64,000 nt of DNA from Antechinus flavipes (Eukaryota): assembly GCF_016432865.1 (NCBI RefSeq), contig NC_067399.1, positions 39,618,001-39,682,000 on the forward strand. The letters are read 5' to 3'. Each line of letters begins with the position of its first letter. Within the stretch, counting starts at the first letter, position 1. The notes below the pieces were generated by a model. The model had not been told where the DNA came from, did not search any database, and saw only the letters and a list, made by a program, of their open reading frames with translations. Shown piece after piece: positions 49,446-62,947 of this stretch. The position numbers were made by a program, and so were the translations under genes.

Positions 49446-49651
49446 NNNNNNNNNNNNNNNNNNNNNNNNNNNNNNNNNNNNNNNNNNNNNNNNNNNNNNN
49501 NNNNNNNNNNNNNNNNNNNNNNNNNNNNNNNNNNNNNNNNNNNNNNNNNNNNNNNNNNNNNNNNNNNNNNNNNNNNNNNNNNNNNNNNNNNNNNNNNNNN
49601 NNNNNNNNNNNNNNNNNNNNNNNNNNNNNNNNNNNNNNNNNNNNNNNNNNN
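49446..49651. other. Assembly gap (206 N)
   Basis: N run adjacent to a SINE. Confidence 1.
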
Positions 49652-49725
49652 GTCTGAGGCTAGATTTAAACTTAGGTCCTCCTGACTTCAGGATTGGTGC
49701 TCTATCCATTCCGCCTAGCTGCCCC
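49652..49725 (-). mobile_element. WSINE1-type SINE (cut by N gap)
   Basis: gtctgaggc...ctgacttcagg...ctagctgcccc. Confidence 0.75.
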
Positions 49726-50776
49726 AAAGTTTTCTTTTCTTTTTTTTTTTTTTTAAATTGATGGTGGTACTGTTGCTGCTGCCCATGCCTTTAGGGGGAG
49801 GTGACCGATCTCTGTTCCTCTACTTGAGGAATTCATTCAGAGGGGCTACTTTGGATTTCCCCCTGGGGGAAGTGAGGCAAGAAGAGGCCACAGTCCATCT
49901 TTTCTCCTGCCTTTCCCTGACCCTTTCTCCCCACCCATCCATACCTGCGATAGAAGCAGCTCAGGAAGCTTTTTTTCTTAACCCTGGCTAACCTGGGGGA
50001 GAAAATGGAATGGAGCTGCCCCCAGAGCCCTCTACTGTTTCCCTCAGGCTCCTGCTAGCTTCTCCAGGTCTCTTTAGCCTCCTCCGTTTTCCCAAGTCTC
50101 TGCTGCCCTCACCTAGGCCCTGCCTTCTTCTCCAGAGCTCTCTTTTTTCTTGAGACCTCTGCTGCCATTGAGGAGGGAGGTAAGGAAATGGGGAGCAGGG
50201 AGTAGCCTTAGCTGGACCAGATAGAGGGCGATAGGGTCAGTGCATGGGAAGAAGTGACTTGGGGGGTGGACTGCCCATCCCTGGCATCTGCGAGAACAGA
50301 TTTCAGGCACAGTTGATGCAGAAAGGCTTCTGGTCCGGGGTTCAGAGCTTAGGAAACCCAGGCCTTTCTGGTGATTAGGTTCCTCTGTATCTCATCAGCT
50401 GACCCTTACATTCTTGCAGGAGTTTGCAGCACCCCATATTCTGAGCATGTGGCCCCCATCTGTCACAGAACCCTGAGAACATCCCAATGGCCTCGGTTTG
50501 GGCAGTTGGTCAGTGCTGCTCACCATGCAGCTGACAGAGGGGTCCCCACGTCCTTTTCCTTCCTCTGACTTTTTTTCTTTCTCCTCCATATATGCCCCAG
50601 GCTTATCAGTAGCACCTTGGGTTCCCATTGCTATTATGCAGCTTTACTGGAAGTACGAGGGATAAAAATGTTTGTCGACTGTTGCCCTGGCCCTGGCTCT
50701 CCCAACATACTCCATTCATTGTTCTTACATGCGGAGCCTTTGCTGTATTTGAATACATACTAGGAGACTTCAGGGT

Positions 50777-50914
50777 GTAGGCTCAGTCTTTGCTAGGGAC
50801 GTGATGCCATTATACACCCAGATTAGCTAGAAGCCAATTGAAACAGTAGGCTCAGTCTTTGCTAGGGACGTGATGCCATTATACACCCAGATTAGCTAGA
50901 AGCCAATTGAAACA
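50777..50914. repeat. Perfect 69-bp tandem duplication
   Basis: gtaggctcag...caattgaaaca at 50777-50845 and 50846-50914. Confidence 0.95.
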
Positions 50915-51823
50915 TTCGTCCCACTTTGGTGATATGGAGAGGCATTTTCCAAAAAACGTTATGAAATGATTCACTTTATGTCCACATGGTGTCAGCTTCA
51001 GGACTGAGCTATTATAGATTATATTCTTGCCTATCTTTCTCTTCTGTGGCATCAGGTGAGTGGAGAGGAGATTGTTCAGAAATGGGAATGAGAGCAAGAG
51101 CCAAAATAGGTAATTGAGTTCTTAAGTAGAATAAAAAATTAAAATGGGAAGCAGCAGAAAATGAGAAAATCTAGGTGTCTCTTCACTGAAGAGCTAGATT
51201 TAAAAAATACCCAAACATATCCTTAAAGAGAGCAGGAAACCAGAAGGGGAAAACTTGGAAGATTTCTTATCAGTGCTGCTGAATTCTTACACAGTGCATG
51301 GCACCATGGGGCAAATATTTGTAGGACACAAAGAAGAAAGAGTCCCTTATCTCAAGTGATTTAAGATTGGCTTTTGGGAGAAATACTTTGAAAGAAAATT
51401 TTTTGGAATGGACCAGAGGACAAAAGATTCTTTCTTAAGAAACAACAATAACAATAGCTAATATTTATATTGTACTTATTATGTGCCAGGCACTGTGTTA
51501 AGTGCTTACAATTATTATCTCATTTGGGCCTAACAACAGCTCTGGGAGATAGGTACTATTATTCCCATTTTACAAAGGAGGAACCTGAGGAAAGCAGAGT
51601 TAAAGTTATCACACCTGGTAAGTATCTGGGCCTGGACCCTGTGCTCTCCCTACGGCACCTCTACACTGCCTCTAACAAGGAATCTGGAGAGGAGTTTATA
51701 GTCAGCAGCAAAACAGAGAAAAACTCTAAAATGTGTGTGAATGGCTAGAAGAGGATCTGGTGTGTTTATCGAAGTGGATGCTCATGGATTTACTCTATCA
51801 CCATCTCTCTCTTTGTCTTTCAG

Positions 51824-51855
51824 TATTCCACTGGCAGGCCACCATCATGGGCCCG
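51824..51855 (+). CDS. UBE2D4: UBE2D4 coding exon 3 (FHWQATIMGP)
   Basis: tttcag|TATTCCAC...GGCCCG|gtacgt, 32 nt, phase compatible with exon 2. Confidence 0.96.
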
Positions 51856-51955
51856 GTACGTACTAGCTGATGAGTTCCCCGCTTTGGCTTTCCCCTTTCA
51901 TTTTACATTTCCGTTTCTTCTTCTAATTGGCGTGTTTGATGTCTTGTCATTCTAG

Positions 51956-52060
<105 letters not shown>

Positions 52061-54179
52061 TGACACTTGTAGACAAAGGAGGACTCGTGATAAGTGGATT
52101 TTAAAGTGGCTCCCTGGAGCAGTGGTGGGGACCCTGCCTCCATCCTCACAGGGAGAAGTTGGACTACCTCGGGCTCTGGGACAGTTCAGTAGACAAGTGT
52201 TTCTATTTCAATCTGACACTGTTTCACAGCCTCAAAATGGCTTTTCATAGAGGAGGTTACAACTGTACCCAGTTCTTTTTTCACCTGGGGCAAGGGCTGA
52301 GATTTTGGGAGGTGGGAGGAGGGTCCAACCGTGGATGCTGTGGAGAACACAAAGGTCTTGTCCTTGCTTCTGTGGAGATCTCAGGATTCTGGGAGTGGTG
52401 GCCAGGGCGGGAATGGGGAGGGAGTGGAATTGTGCCACGCTGGAACGGCTGCCGTGCCAGGCAGGACTCTGTCTTTCCCCTCGCTGTCCTTTGGCCCATA
52501 CTAGTGCTGGTGGCAGTTTCAGCCCGACCATGTTTCTCATCTTTGATTCCTCACTTCCTCTTCTCTCATCCCTCACTTTGACTGTGTCAAGATTTCTTCC
52601 CTTATCTGAAGTGAGGGCAGAACAGTGGCTCCCTCCCCAGCCTTCAGCTTTTACCAGTGAAGAGTGTGCTGGGTTTGGGCTGTAAGAACGGATGTCCCGT
52701 TAGCATAAGATAGAAGGTGGCCAAGAGATGAATGAAGCCGTCCGCATACTTTGTCCTTTGGGCCTCCCCTTCTTGCCTCCGGGCTCTGTTAAAGCCAGTG
52801 TCCAGGTAGCTCTGCACCTCCCACACCAGCCTCCATATGTCTGTCCTCATATATCGCTGACCAGCTGGCAGTGCCAGAGACTGGCCAGTGCCCGCAGCCA
52901 GAACTGTGTCTTCTGTCTGTCAGCTGCCGAATGGCCTGTGGGCAATAGTGCTCTGCAGACCGCAGCTGGGCTCGGCCATGGCCTGCTTCAAAGGTGTTCT
53001 CATGTGTGTCATAACCAAGCCTTGGCATGGGGGTGAGTTACCTTTGGTCTCCGCTGAACCTCGAGAGTGACTTCTGTATGCCAGCGGAGAGGAGGGCTGC
53101 TCTCTGCCTCGGGCACTGTCAGTGACAAACCACCGAAAAGTCAAGCCAGGAAGTGTCCCCGTTGTGTCAGCGCAGGGAGCGGGATTTGAGCACCAGAAGC
53201 ATCTGGGTTAGGTGAAAAGGACAATTTTGGGTGTCTCACAGACATGTCACCGCCACTATTAACCATGTACATGCTCCAGATGTTGGTTATGCTGTTAAAT
53301 CAGTGTGGTAAGAATTACTTTTAATTTTGAGCTCTGAAATGTTTTTATAGATTGAGACTAAAAAGTACATATTCCAGCCTGACTTACTTGTGTGTAAGTC
53401 AGTAAATATTGCATTAGCATACTTCTCAGTCTCCGTGCCCCTCAGACTAAGTGACTGGTGATAATTTTAGAGCCCATTGGTCTGTACTCTATAAAAGATT
53501 AATTTGCTGACTGCCCTACTTATAAGCATCCAAATAGAATACCTTTCTTCAAATAAATATTAATGTAGATGATCATTTATTTAGTTGGGTTTGAGGGAAT
53601 AAGAATTAGGAGCTGTATTTGCTCAAGATACAAAAAAAAAAAAAAGACAAATCCAAACAGTGTCAATTATTAAGACTAAAAACCATATCTCCAATAAGCT
53701 GGTATTAATTTGGAAGGAAAGCTCAATGGTGAATAGCCCAGTGATGATCTCTTAAAGAAGGTGACCGTTGCCTCTGTTTCCTCCCATAGTAGAAGAAAGT
53801 AAAGCATTGAGAATAGACAGTAAGGACTCACCCAGTGACAAAGAAGTTTTGTCCCTGGGAAGAGAAAGCACAGAATGTGACTGTCGTCTCCACTTCTAGA
53901 GACTCATGAAATCATTGAGTCACCGAGCCCAACCTCAATTCCACGCAGCCTCCCAGACTCCTGGGCCTCTCATGCCTGTGTCACTTGCATATCTGCAGGA
54001 GTGGGCACTCACTGCTTTATAACCCATTCTATTTTTTGGACAAATCTAATTTTGGGGAAATCATTCAACATCTTGTTTCTGTGGCTTCTACCCACTGGTC
54101 CTAGATCTGGGCTCCAGAAATTCTCAGAATAAGCTTAAACCTGCATAAAACCCTTTATGTGAGGAATTTAGCTACATCT

Positions 54180-55090
54180 CATGGGACATTGTTTCAAAAC
54201 AGGTGTTTTTTACTTGGTGTTCATCTCAAGAAACTGTAGTTTGTACCTCTTTTTAAAAAAATTCTTGATGTCTTTTGTCTTTTATAGTACCAGAATTTCC
54301 CCCAGTATCCTTTCCTCTTCTCCCTCTCAGCTGTCTATCTTACATAACAAATATATATATTTTTTAACTTGATGAAATGAATGCCAAGCTGGAAAAAAAT
54401 TAAGGCACAAAAAAATTGGGGTTGAGGGGAAAAGGAGAAAAAAAAATTAGCAAAATTGATCAATGCATTGAAAAGATCTGAAAAAAACGTATACAGTCTG
54501 TGACAATAATGGGTCTCTCACCTCTGCAGAAGCATTTTATGTCTCTTTTTGAAGCCAGCCTTTTTCTTTGTAATTTTGCAACATTCATTTGATTGTTTGC
54601 TGGTGGTTATTCTTTTCATTTGCTTTGTCATTGTATATGTTGTTTTCTTGCCTTTGCTTCAGATTGTATCAATCTTTCCACATCCCTGTAGTCTTCATTT
54701 TCATTGTATTTTGTAGCAAAGTAATATTCTATCATATTCACGTACCACAGTTTGTTTAGCCATTTCCCAACTGCTTTGTTTCCAAATTTTGACATCATGA
54801 AAAATGCTTCTATAAATATTTAGGTCTGTGTGGGCATTTTCTTCTTAATCTTTTTGGGGGCCTGGCCTAGTTGTGAAATCTCAGGATCCAAGAGAATGGA
54901 CATTTTAGTCACTTTATTTGGATTCCAAATTTGGATTCGAAATCATTGCTTTGATATACAGATGCACCAACAATGCATTAGTATTCTTACCTTCCCCACA
55001 ACCCCTCCGATATATCAATGTCTTTCTAAAAGTGAACACAACACACTAAATGTGGCTAATCCAGAGTATGGGACAATGATTATCCTCTTT
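54180..55090 (-). mobile_element. Old L1 3' region
   Basis: Antisense L1-like DNA (taccacagtttgtttagccatttccca...ctataaatatt...cctagttgtgaaatctcaggatc). Confidence 0.6.
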
Positions 55091-57987
55091 ATTAAGATTG
55101 TATTCTAATTTTGGGATTTTGTCCGCCCTATCATTTCCTTTAAGCTTTCAGTCGACCAAAACCCTCTATCTTTTTTGCATAAACTACTGTTAAACAGAGA
55201 TTTTATCACTATAATTTTGAAACTTAGCTGTAGAACATTGTATTTGTTCTTCTTAAATCTGATCCATCCTTTCAAGGTTATAGTTCTTTGGAATCCTGAT
55301 TCTGTCTACCATGTATCAGCCATCCCTCCCAATTTTGTATTATGTGTACATGTGATATTCATGCTTGCTGTCTCTACATCCCAGTAACTGTTGAGCATTC
55401 TTATATTGGACTAGAATGGCCATAGCCCTCAAACTGCCTCCAGAAATTTCTTTCCAGTATGGCCTTGATTTCATTAATCAACACTCTGTAGGATTGTTTA
55501 GCTAACTTCTTGCTAAACCAGCTGTGTGACTATTTAGTTCATATCTCTATACAAGGATATCATGAGAGATTTTGTCCAATGTTTGCTAAAAATTTAGGTT
55601 ACAATAATAGCTAATATTTATATAACCATCCTTTTGCCAGGCATTGGGCTAAACGTTTTATAATTATTATTTCATTTGATCCTCACAGTAACATTATGAG
55701 GTAGATGCTATTATTATTCTAATTTTACAAATGAGGAAATTGAGACAGACAGGTAATGTGATTTGCTTGGGATCACAAGCTAGTAGGTGTCTGAGGTCAG
55801 ATTTTAACTTGAGTTTTCCTGACTCCAGTGCACTGGGGCACCCCTGGAAGCCTTTAACAGCATTTAGAGCATTTTCCTGATCTCTAGCTGATGGGCCGAT
55901 TCTAAGTGGCAATGAGAAGACTCTGGCATGGCTTGTTCTAATTCCTCCTTTTTCTTTGTAAATGGCAAAATAATAATTATTTAAAAATAAAGACATAAAT
56001 CTAGAATTTTAACCAAGAATTGACATCCTTAAGCTCACTAGTCTAAATTTTCTAGACTTTACAAATCAGGATCTTTATCTATTTATCTTAGCACAGTGCT
56101 TGCCACATAGTAGGCATTTCATGGATGTTAATTAATTGATTTATTCTCTGGCACATCTCTCATAGTTTTTTACCTCATAATTGCCAGCAGCTGATTTTTT
56201 TTTTTTAATGTCTCTGCATTTTTTTTCCTTCAAGAGATTTAAATTACCTTGAACCTTGAAGTTCTGTCTTACTTCAGGCTCCCTGCTTCTCCCTCATTTC
56301 CTTTTAACCAATCTCTCCAGCTAGAAAACCATTCTCCCAGATCTAGAAGACAAAAGCAACACAGATACAGCAGAATTCAGCATTGTTCCTGTTGTCTGTT
56401 TGAGAACAATACACTATGTGTCTCGAGCAGTGGACCTGTCATTCTTTTTGTCCTTCAGACAAAACTGAAAAACACCCTGTTACTGTTTTAAAAGATTTTA
56501 TATCAATCCTTAGTCTATATGAGGCTTTAGCCTTTCTAAGACTGATCTTAGAGGTGGCTTTCCTCCCTGTTTGTCTGTAGCTTCATGCCCTTGTTTCTGT
56601 ATTTTGAACATGATTTAAAAACCTGAGCTAACTGAAGAGCTGTTTTACCTGAATCTTTTTTTTGTTTGCCTTCCATAGCTTCCATATCCAGATAATCTGT
56701 GATGTGTGATTTGTCAGATTTTTTTTTAATGTAGTTTATTGTTCCTTCTCGGAGTATCTAAGGGAAACCTTAGAGCCTTTATCCGTGGGATAGTGATTCC
56801 CTTTTTTATGAGTCTAGAATACCTGTATTTAATCAAAAGAGGGGAAACCCTATCTATATAAAAATTATGTGTAGTTGCATTATTTGTACTGACAAAAGCC
56901 TGGAAACAATTCAAATGTCCAGTAATAAGTGATTATTCATACAAATTGTGATGTATCAGTAGAATGAAATACTGGTCTGCTGCCGAAAAGGGTAAATTAA
57001 ATGATCATGAATACAGAAAGATAGAAAATATTGCAAAGCAAAGAAATCAAAAAGAGAAAAGAACTTTACACATACATGAAAAAATTAAATGATCATGAAT
57101 ACAAAAAGATAGAAAATAGTGCAAAATAAATCAAAAAGAGAAGAGCACTTTACACACACATGTGGGCTACAGGAATAAGTGGGCAAGTGGATGAGAAAGG
57201 AGACATATATAGACCTAGAGGGATTAAAGAGTGTTATTCTTGTTTTCTAGTTTATTTAAACATCCACAGTGCTGTGTGGAGAGGAGAGAGTGAGCTAAAG
57301 TAAAAATCAGCAAGCCCTGGGTTCAAAGCTTTCTACCTGGGTTAATCACCTAATCTCTGTATTCTAAGAAGACACAACCTGCTCTGGTGAAAAGTATATC
57401 CTCAGTAGGAACTTCCTATACCAATGAAAATCACAGATCTAGTCTCTGTTCCTGGTCAAAGCATATTTATAATTGTGAGTCATTTTGGATACAAGCATAT
57501 GTTAAAATAACCAAATAAAACCTAGGGCATGCCTCAATTTCTATCTTTCCTTTCCTTGACCAACATGGGCAAGGTATCAATGTTCCTATCACATCCCCAT
57601 CAGGAATCACTTCTTTAAGAATAGGTGAGATTTCCTACTGTGAACCATTTTAGCAGTTTGTAACTTTCTTGAAAAGCAGAAGAGTCAGTAAGTTCTTGAG
57701 AGCTCTCCCAGCCAGGATTCTGTGGTTGTGAAATTCACAAAATCAGAGGATGAAAGAATAAAATTATCTGTTGAAATGCCACTGTCCTTTCCTGTGTTAG
57801 AAAGTAAGTTTGGGTATGATCAATTTTCCTTGGTTTGTGGAGTGAGATTCATTGCAGAGGTTCTTGATATGAGATCCAGAGACCTGCAAAGAGAACTTGA
57901 ATGGGGGAAAAATACATATTTATTGTTACTAACCTCTAACTGAAATTTAGCATTTCTTTCAATTATGAATGTAGTCACCAAATATCA

Positions 57988-58123
57988 CAGACCTTTTTCA
58001 GAATGTCTTTAAGTACATAAAATAAAATACATGGGATTACAAAGAAAACCATTTATGTCAAAATATAGTTATCAAAACATAAAAAAAAAAATTCATGAAC
58101 TCCAATGGAATTAGAACTCTGAG
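57988..58123. mobile_element. MER5-like hAT MITE fragment
   Basis: cagacctttttcagaat...aaaataaaatacatgggattacaaagaaaacc...ttcatgaac, similar to the copies at 855 and 11529. Confidence 0.45.
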
Positions 58124-58197
58124 ATCCTTTCTACTGCTAAATCTGTGGTCTTTCCAAAAACCCTGTGAGATTGATAGCTGTATAGAGGTTTTTAGTG

Positions 58198-58354
58198 TTT
58201 TTTTTTTCTTTTTTCTTTTGCTGAGGCAATTGAAGTCAAGTGACATGCCCAGGGTCACACAGCTAGGAATGTTAAGTGTCTAAGACCAAATTCGAACTCA
58301 GGTCCTTCTGACTTCAGGGCTGGTGCTCTATCTACTGTACCACCTAGCTGGCCC
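58198..58354 (-). mobile_element. WSINE1-type SINE
   Basis: T-tail, gctgaggcaattg...cacctagctggccc; imperfect TSD tgtatagaggttttt / tgtgtagagttttt. Confidence 0.85.
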
Positions 58355-59614
58355 TTGTGTGTAGAGTTTTTAAGTAATGACCCAAGGATAGGAGAAGTGA
58401 AGTGCTTTGTTCATGATCCCATAGTCAGGGGACCCCAGATTTGTGGGATCAGAGCCAGAAGTGACATTAGGGATCATCCGACCTACTTCCATGAGTTTTA
58501 TAGATGAAGAAACTGAGGCAGAGAGAGGTTAGGCATTTGTCCCAAGTAGTATAAGTGATCAAATGGGATTAGAATCAAGGCTCTGTGATGTTATATATAA
58601 TACTATTCCAATTCCAGTTCTCCTTTTTAATATCCCTTAACTCCCTCAGTGTAGCAAAAGCTATGATTAAGTTAAATTGTTTCAGTGCCTGTTTTTATTT
58701 CACTTAATTTTGTGCCTGTTTTTATTTCACTTAGAAGAATGCTGGCAGGAATTGCATCACTCATTTTGCCTATACTTCCTTAGGCTAAAATAAGTTGGAA
58801 AAAAAAAGAAGAAGAAAAACCTCACAGGTTTCTTTGTCGCACTGCCTTGATTTCCTGGTCTCAGCCGTGATTGTGATTATTTTTCAATAGAACTTTATTC
58901 TCATAAAGAAGTGTAGACTTCCTGTAGATTAGTAGTTTCTCTCACTCCAAAAGTGTGTTTCCCACAGTCTCTCTGTGTGAAAAGTTAGTCATTCAGGAGA
59001 GAGGCCATGGCTGGCAATGGCAAATGTAACATGGCTTTCCTGAGGATATCTTGATGATAGAGTTCTCAGCCCATCATTGAGTCCCTAGTCATATAGCTTT
59101 CGCTTCCCATTTATAGTCTTGGTATTGATAGGAACCTCTGTCCCTAGTCATAGAGTTTTCTCTTCCTATCTTAGTTATGGTTTTGGTATTGATAGGAATC
59201 TCTGAGTTGACATTTCCCCACTCCTAGGAGTAGGCTTGAGCTATCCATGGCCAAGGCAAACCTCAGCAAGTTCAACGTCCTTTCAGGGGATCCAGAGAGG
59301 AGGGTTTATGTCCGGGACAGACCTGGATGTCCTCTTTGATTCTCTACTTGCCAACTTCCTTGCTCTCATCTACTCTTAAGTACCAGAACTTCAGAGCAGC
59401 TGGAGGAGGAGGATCCCCATCAAGCCCACAAGGAGGCTTGAAACCAGATGTACGGCTGACAGGGACTAAGAGTGATGTGATGGACACTAAGACTTGCTCT
59501 TAGCCAAATCCTTCCTGATAGTGCTTTTTATTTTAACTTCACTATTGCTGCAAGTTCAGAAGGTCTGTGATAGTCTCGTTTCTAACTTCAGCTTTTGATC
59601 TTTTGTCTTTTTAG

Positions 59615-59740
<126 letters not shown>

Positions 59741-60639
59741 TAGAATTACCTATGGCCATTTGATAGGATGTGTCTCAGTAGGACTTGATGGAAAATTCCA
59801 TCCATCACCTGCCTATTAGACATTGAGAGCATGGACCAAAATTGCCTTTTGGTTCTTTAGGGGCTGATGCAAACCTTGGTTCTGATAAGCCCAATTTAAA
59901 GGACATTAAAGAATAGAAGAACAAATTGAAACTGAAGTGTTTCTCTTCCTCCAGATGATAAAAATCCCTCTGCTAAAAACATAGCAAAGTGTGAGAGTTT
60001 ATCTATTGAGTTAGGACAAGAATAATTAGAATGTAAGTTATTCTTGATCAAGATAAATAGTTGTCCCTTCCACATTATGATTTTCCATATCATGGGCTGG
60101 CACAAGAAATTAAATGGGAATTTGGGGAGGGGGGTTTGCAGAAGCTGCAGATGACACAGAAAAATGTTAAGAAACTCAGAAATGTGTAAAACATACTTAT
60201 AGTATTGTATAATATAGTCTTTGACCAAATGCTTAATCCAAATTTTATAAGATAATGTAAACATTCCATAAAATAAAGAGAAGAAAAATTCAGATTTCTT
60301 TTCTGTATGAAGAGAGGACCAAAAAGATTCATGTGGATTTTTCAGATCAAGGGATGTTGTGCCATTAATCCACTCAGTATAGAAGGGATAACTGAATTGT
60401 TAATTAAATTGTGTTAAATGTAGATGTCACAAAGATAGAAGATATCTGTTAGCAATTGGATTTGGGTGGGTTGAAGGACTTCGTAGGGCCCCAAGCAGAG
60501 CTTTGGTAGCTGATCCAGAGTCGGGTTGGTGAGAAAAACCCGGTAAGCCTAGAGTGATTGCCTAGGGCAGATGGAAAACTAGGAGAGGGTGAGATGGGGC
60601 TTTTCCTGAATCCAGGGCAAGATAGAACTGCCTTTCAAA

Positions 60640-61540
60640 TGTCTTGAATTGGAGAGCCTGTAGACATCTTAAACTCCCCAACACAGAAGTCATTTCCCTT
60701 CTCCCTCTTCCCTATACTCTCTAGGGCATCATCAAATCCAGACCCTTGGGCTTGAAACCTAGGAGTCATTCTGGATTCCTCCTCTCTCTCATCTCCCATA
60801 TCTCAAACCTGCCAAGGACTGTCTGTTTTACCCTCATAATAGCTCTGGAACATGGCCCCTTCTCTCTTGATACCCCTCCCCCTCCGGTGTAGACTCCATT
60901 CTGTCACTCCTGGTCTATTGAATAGCTACTGGGGAGTCTGCTCACCTCCAGTCTCTCCCCACTCCAGTCTGTCTTCCATTCAGCCACCAAAGGGATTTTT
61001 CTAATACCCAGGTCTGACCATGTCACATGCACATCCCTTCTTCACCTCTCACTCCTACTCAGTAAGCTCCAGTGGCTCCCCATCATCTCCAAGAGCAAAT
61101 ACAAGCTGCCTTTCAAACCTTGCTCCCTCCCCCTTTTCCATCTTCTCAGACCATCCCACCTGATATGTCCACTTTGGACCCAAAACCCTGGCTTCCTGGC
61201 TGTCCCACCAATAAGACTCCTTCTCCACTCTGAGCATGATCTAGCTGCCCCATGCCTGGAAAGTTCTCCCTTCTTCACTTGGCCTGTTGCCTTCCTGGCT
61301 TCCTCCAGGTCTCAGCCAAAATCCTGCCTTCTCCAGAAAGCTTTCTCCAACCCCTCTCAATTCTAGAGCCTTCCCTTTTTAAGTTATTTCCAGTTTATCT
61401 TACAAAACAGCAAATAGTTTAGACAGTCATTTGTTGTCTTGCAAACGCCTTCAGGGAAGGAATCACCTTTTACTTTTTTTTTTTTTTGGTATCCCCCATA
61501 TGCCTGGTACATAGTAGGTGCTTAATAAGTGCTTAGTGAC
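60640..61540 (+). mobile_element. L2 fragment
   Basis: catcttaaactc...ccattcagccaccaaagggattttt...gcctggtacatagtaggtgcttaataagtgctt. Confidence 0.65.
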
Positions 61541-62947
61541 TGAGTAGCACTAAATGCAGTAGTGGTGCATGGAGGCTGGGACTGAAGGAATGAGATTTCA
61601 GATTCTGTGCTAGAGAGGTCAGAACGAGCTGGGGATGGAGCCCAGAGTGAGTGAGCCTGGGAGTATCTGATCAATGCGCGAAGCTGCTGCCGCTCTTAAG
61701 TCATGAGATTATGGCTCATCCCACGATCTCCCCTGCCCTTCTGGGAGCTGGGCTCAAGGAGAACTGCCCCAGAATGTCCAGCAGCAATCCTTTCCCTTCT
61801 CGCGGCCTCCCATATGGGCGATGGCACCTTTTTTCATTTTGTCTTTTTTTCCCCCAGAGTCCTAAGCAGTTCTTCAAGTTTTTGCTTTTGTATCCTAGTC
61901 ATTTTATATGAATCTGACCTAAAGCCCACATATTTTAGGTCCTTTTATCCATCTTTACCCCACCTACCCCGCAGGTTTTGTCCCACTGTTTATCCCGTGA
62001 CCAGTTCTTGCTAGTTCATGCTGACCGCATTCAGCAGGATTGGTGACTTCAGAGAAACCAGAGGGCAACAGCTCACCGTCCTCCGGGGCGTAGTCTGGGA
62101 ACCATCGCTCAGTCCCTTGAATGATTATAGTAAAAGGTCCGCCTGCCATTTGTGGGGCGCTAGAGAGTCTTCGGAGCAGGGGACAGAAGGAGGAAGGTGG
62201 TGCAGCTATTGATCTAGTAATGAGAGCAAAGGTATATTTGTGTGTTTTTATACACACACACACACACACAGAGTAGCTGCTTAATAAATGTATGTTAAAT
62301 ATATTAATACATAAATAATAAGTAATGAATACAATCAATAACAATAAGCTCAATAGGTGCTTGCTGAGTGATTAATAAGCACCTGCTGTGTACCAGGCTT
62401 CATGCTAAGTTCTGGGGATTCAAACAAAAATATAATCAGTCCCTCTCCTCAAAGAGTTCACTGTCTAGTGTAGGAAAGAACGTGTAAAAAACTAGGGACT
62501 TGCAAGGTGCATGCAGTGTAGGTGGACAGGTAGTCTTAGCTGGAAAGGGCCTAGCAGGAAGAGAATTCTTTTTAAAAGGTTCATTGTTGCTTCTTGTCTG
62601 AATATCACCAACATCTCCCTCAGAATACCCCCCAGGCCCTTTTGAAGACAAGTCTTGAGATTCAGAAACATATAACACTCTGCCTTTATATTCAGGTGGG
62701 AAAAAATCGAATTTGGCAGCTTATTATTTTCACTTTTCAGGGAAGACCCAGTCCTTCACACACATGGTCTCCTGTGACCCTCCGCTTTCCTGTTGTTTAA
62801 TCAGAGTGGCCACAGCTCTATCTGGGTAGCTGAGGAGAACACTTAAGGGGATTCTCTCCCTAAGCCTTGGGTTCGAATCCCATCACAGCCCTTTCCTATA
62901 TTGAGATGGCACTTCCTGCCCCCTGGAGTGACTAAGAGGCTCTAGAG

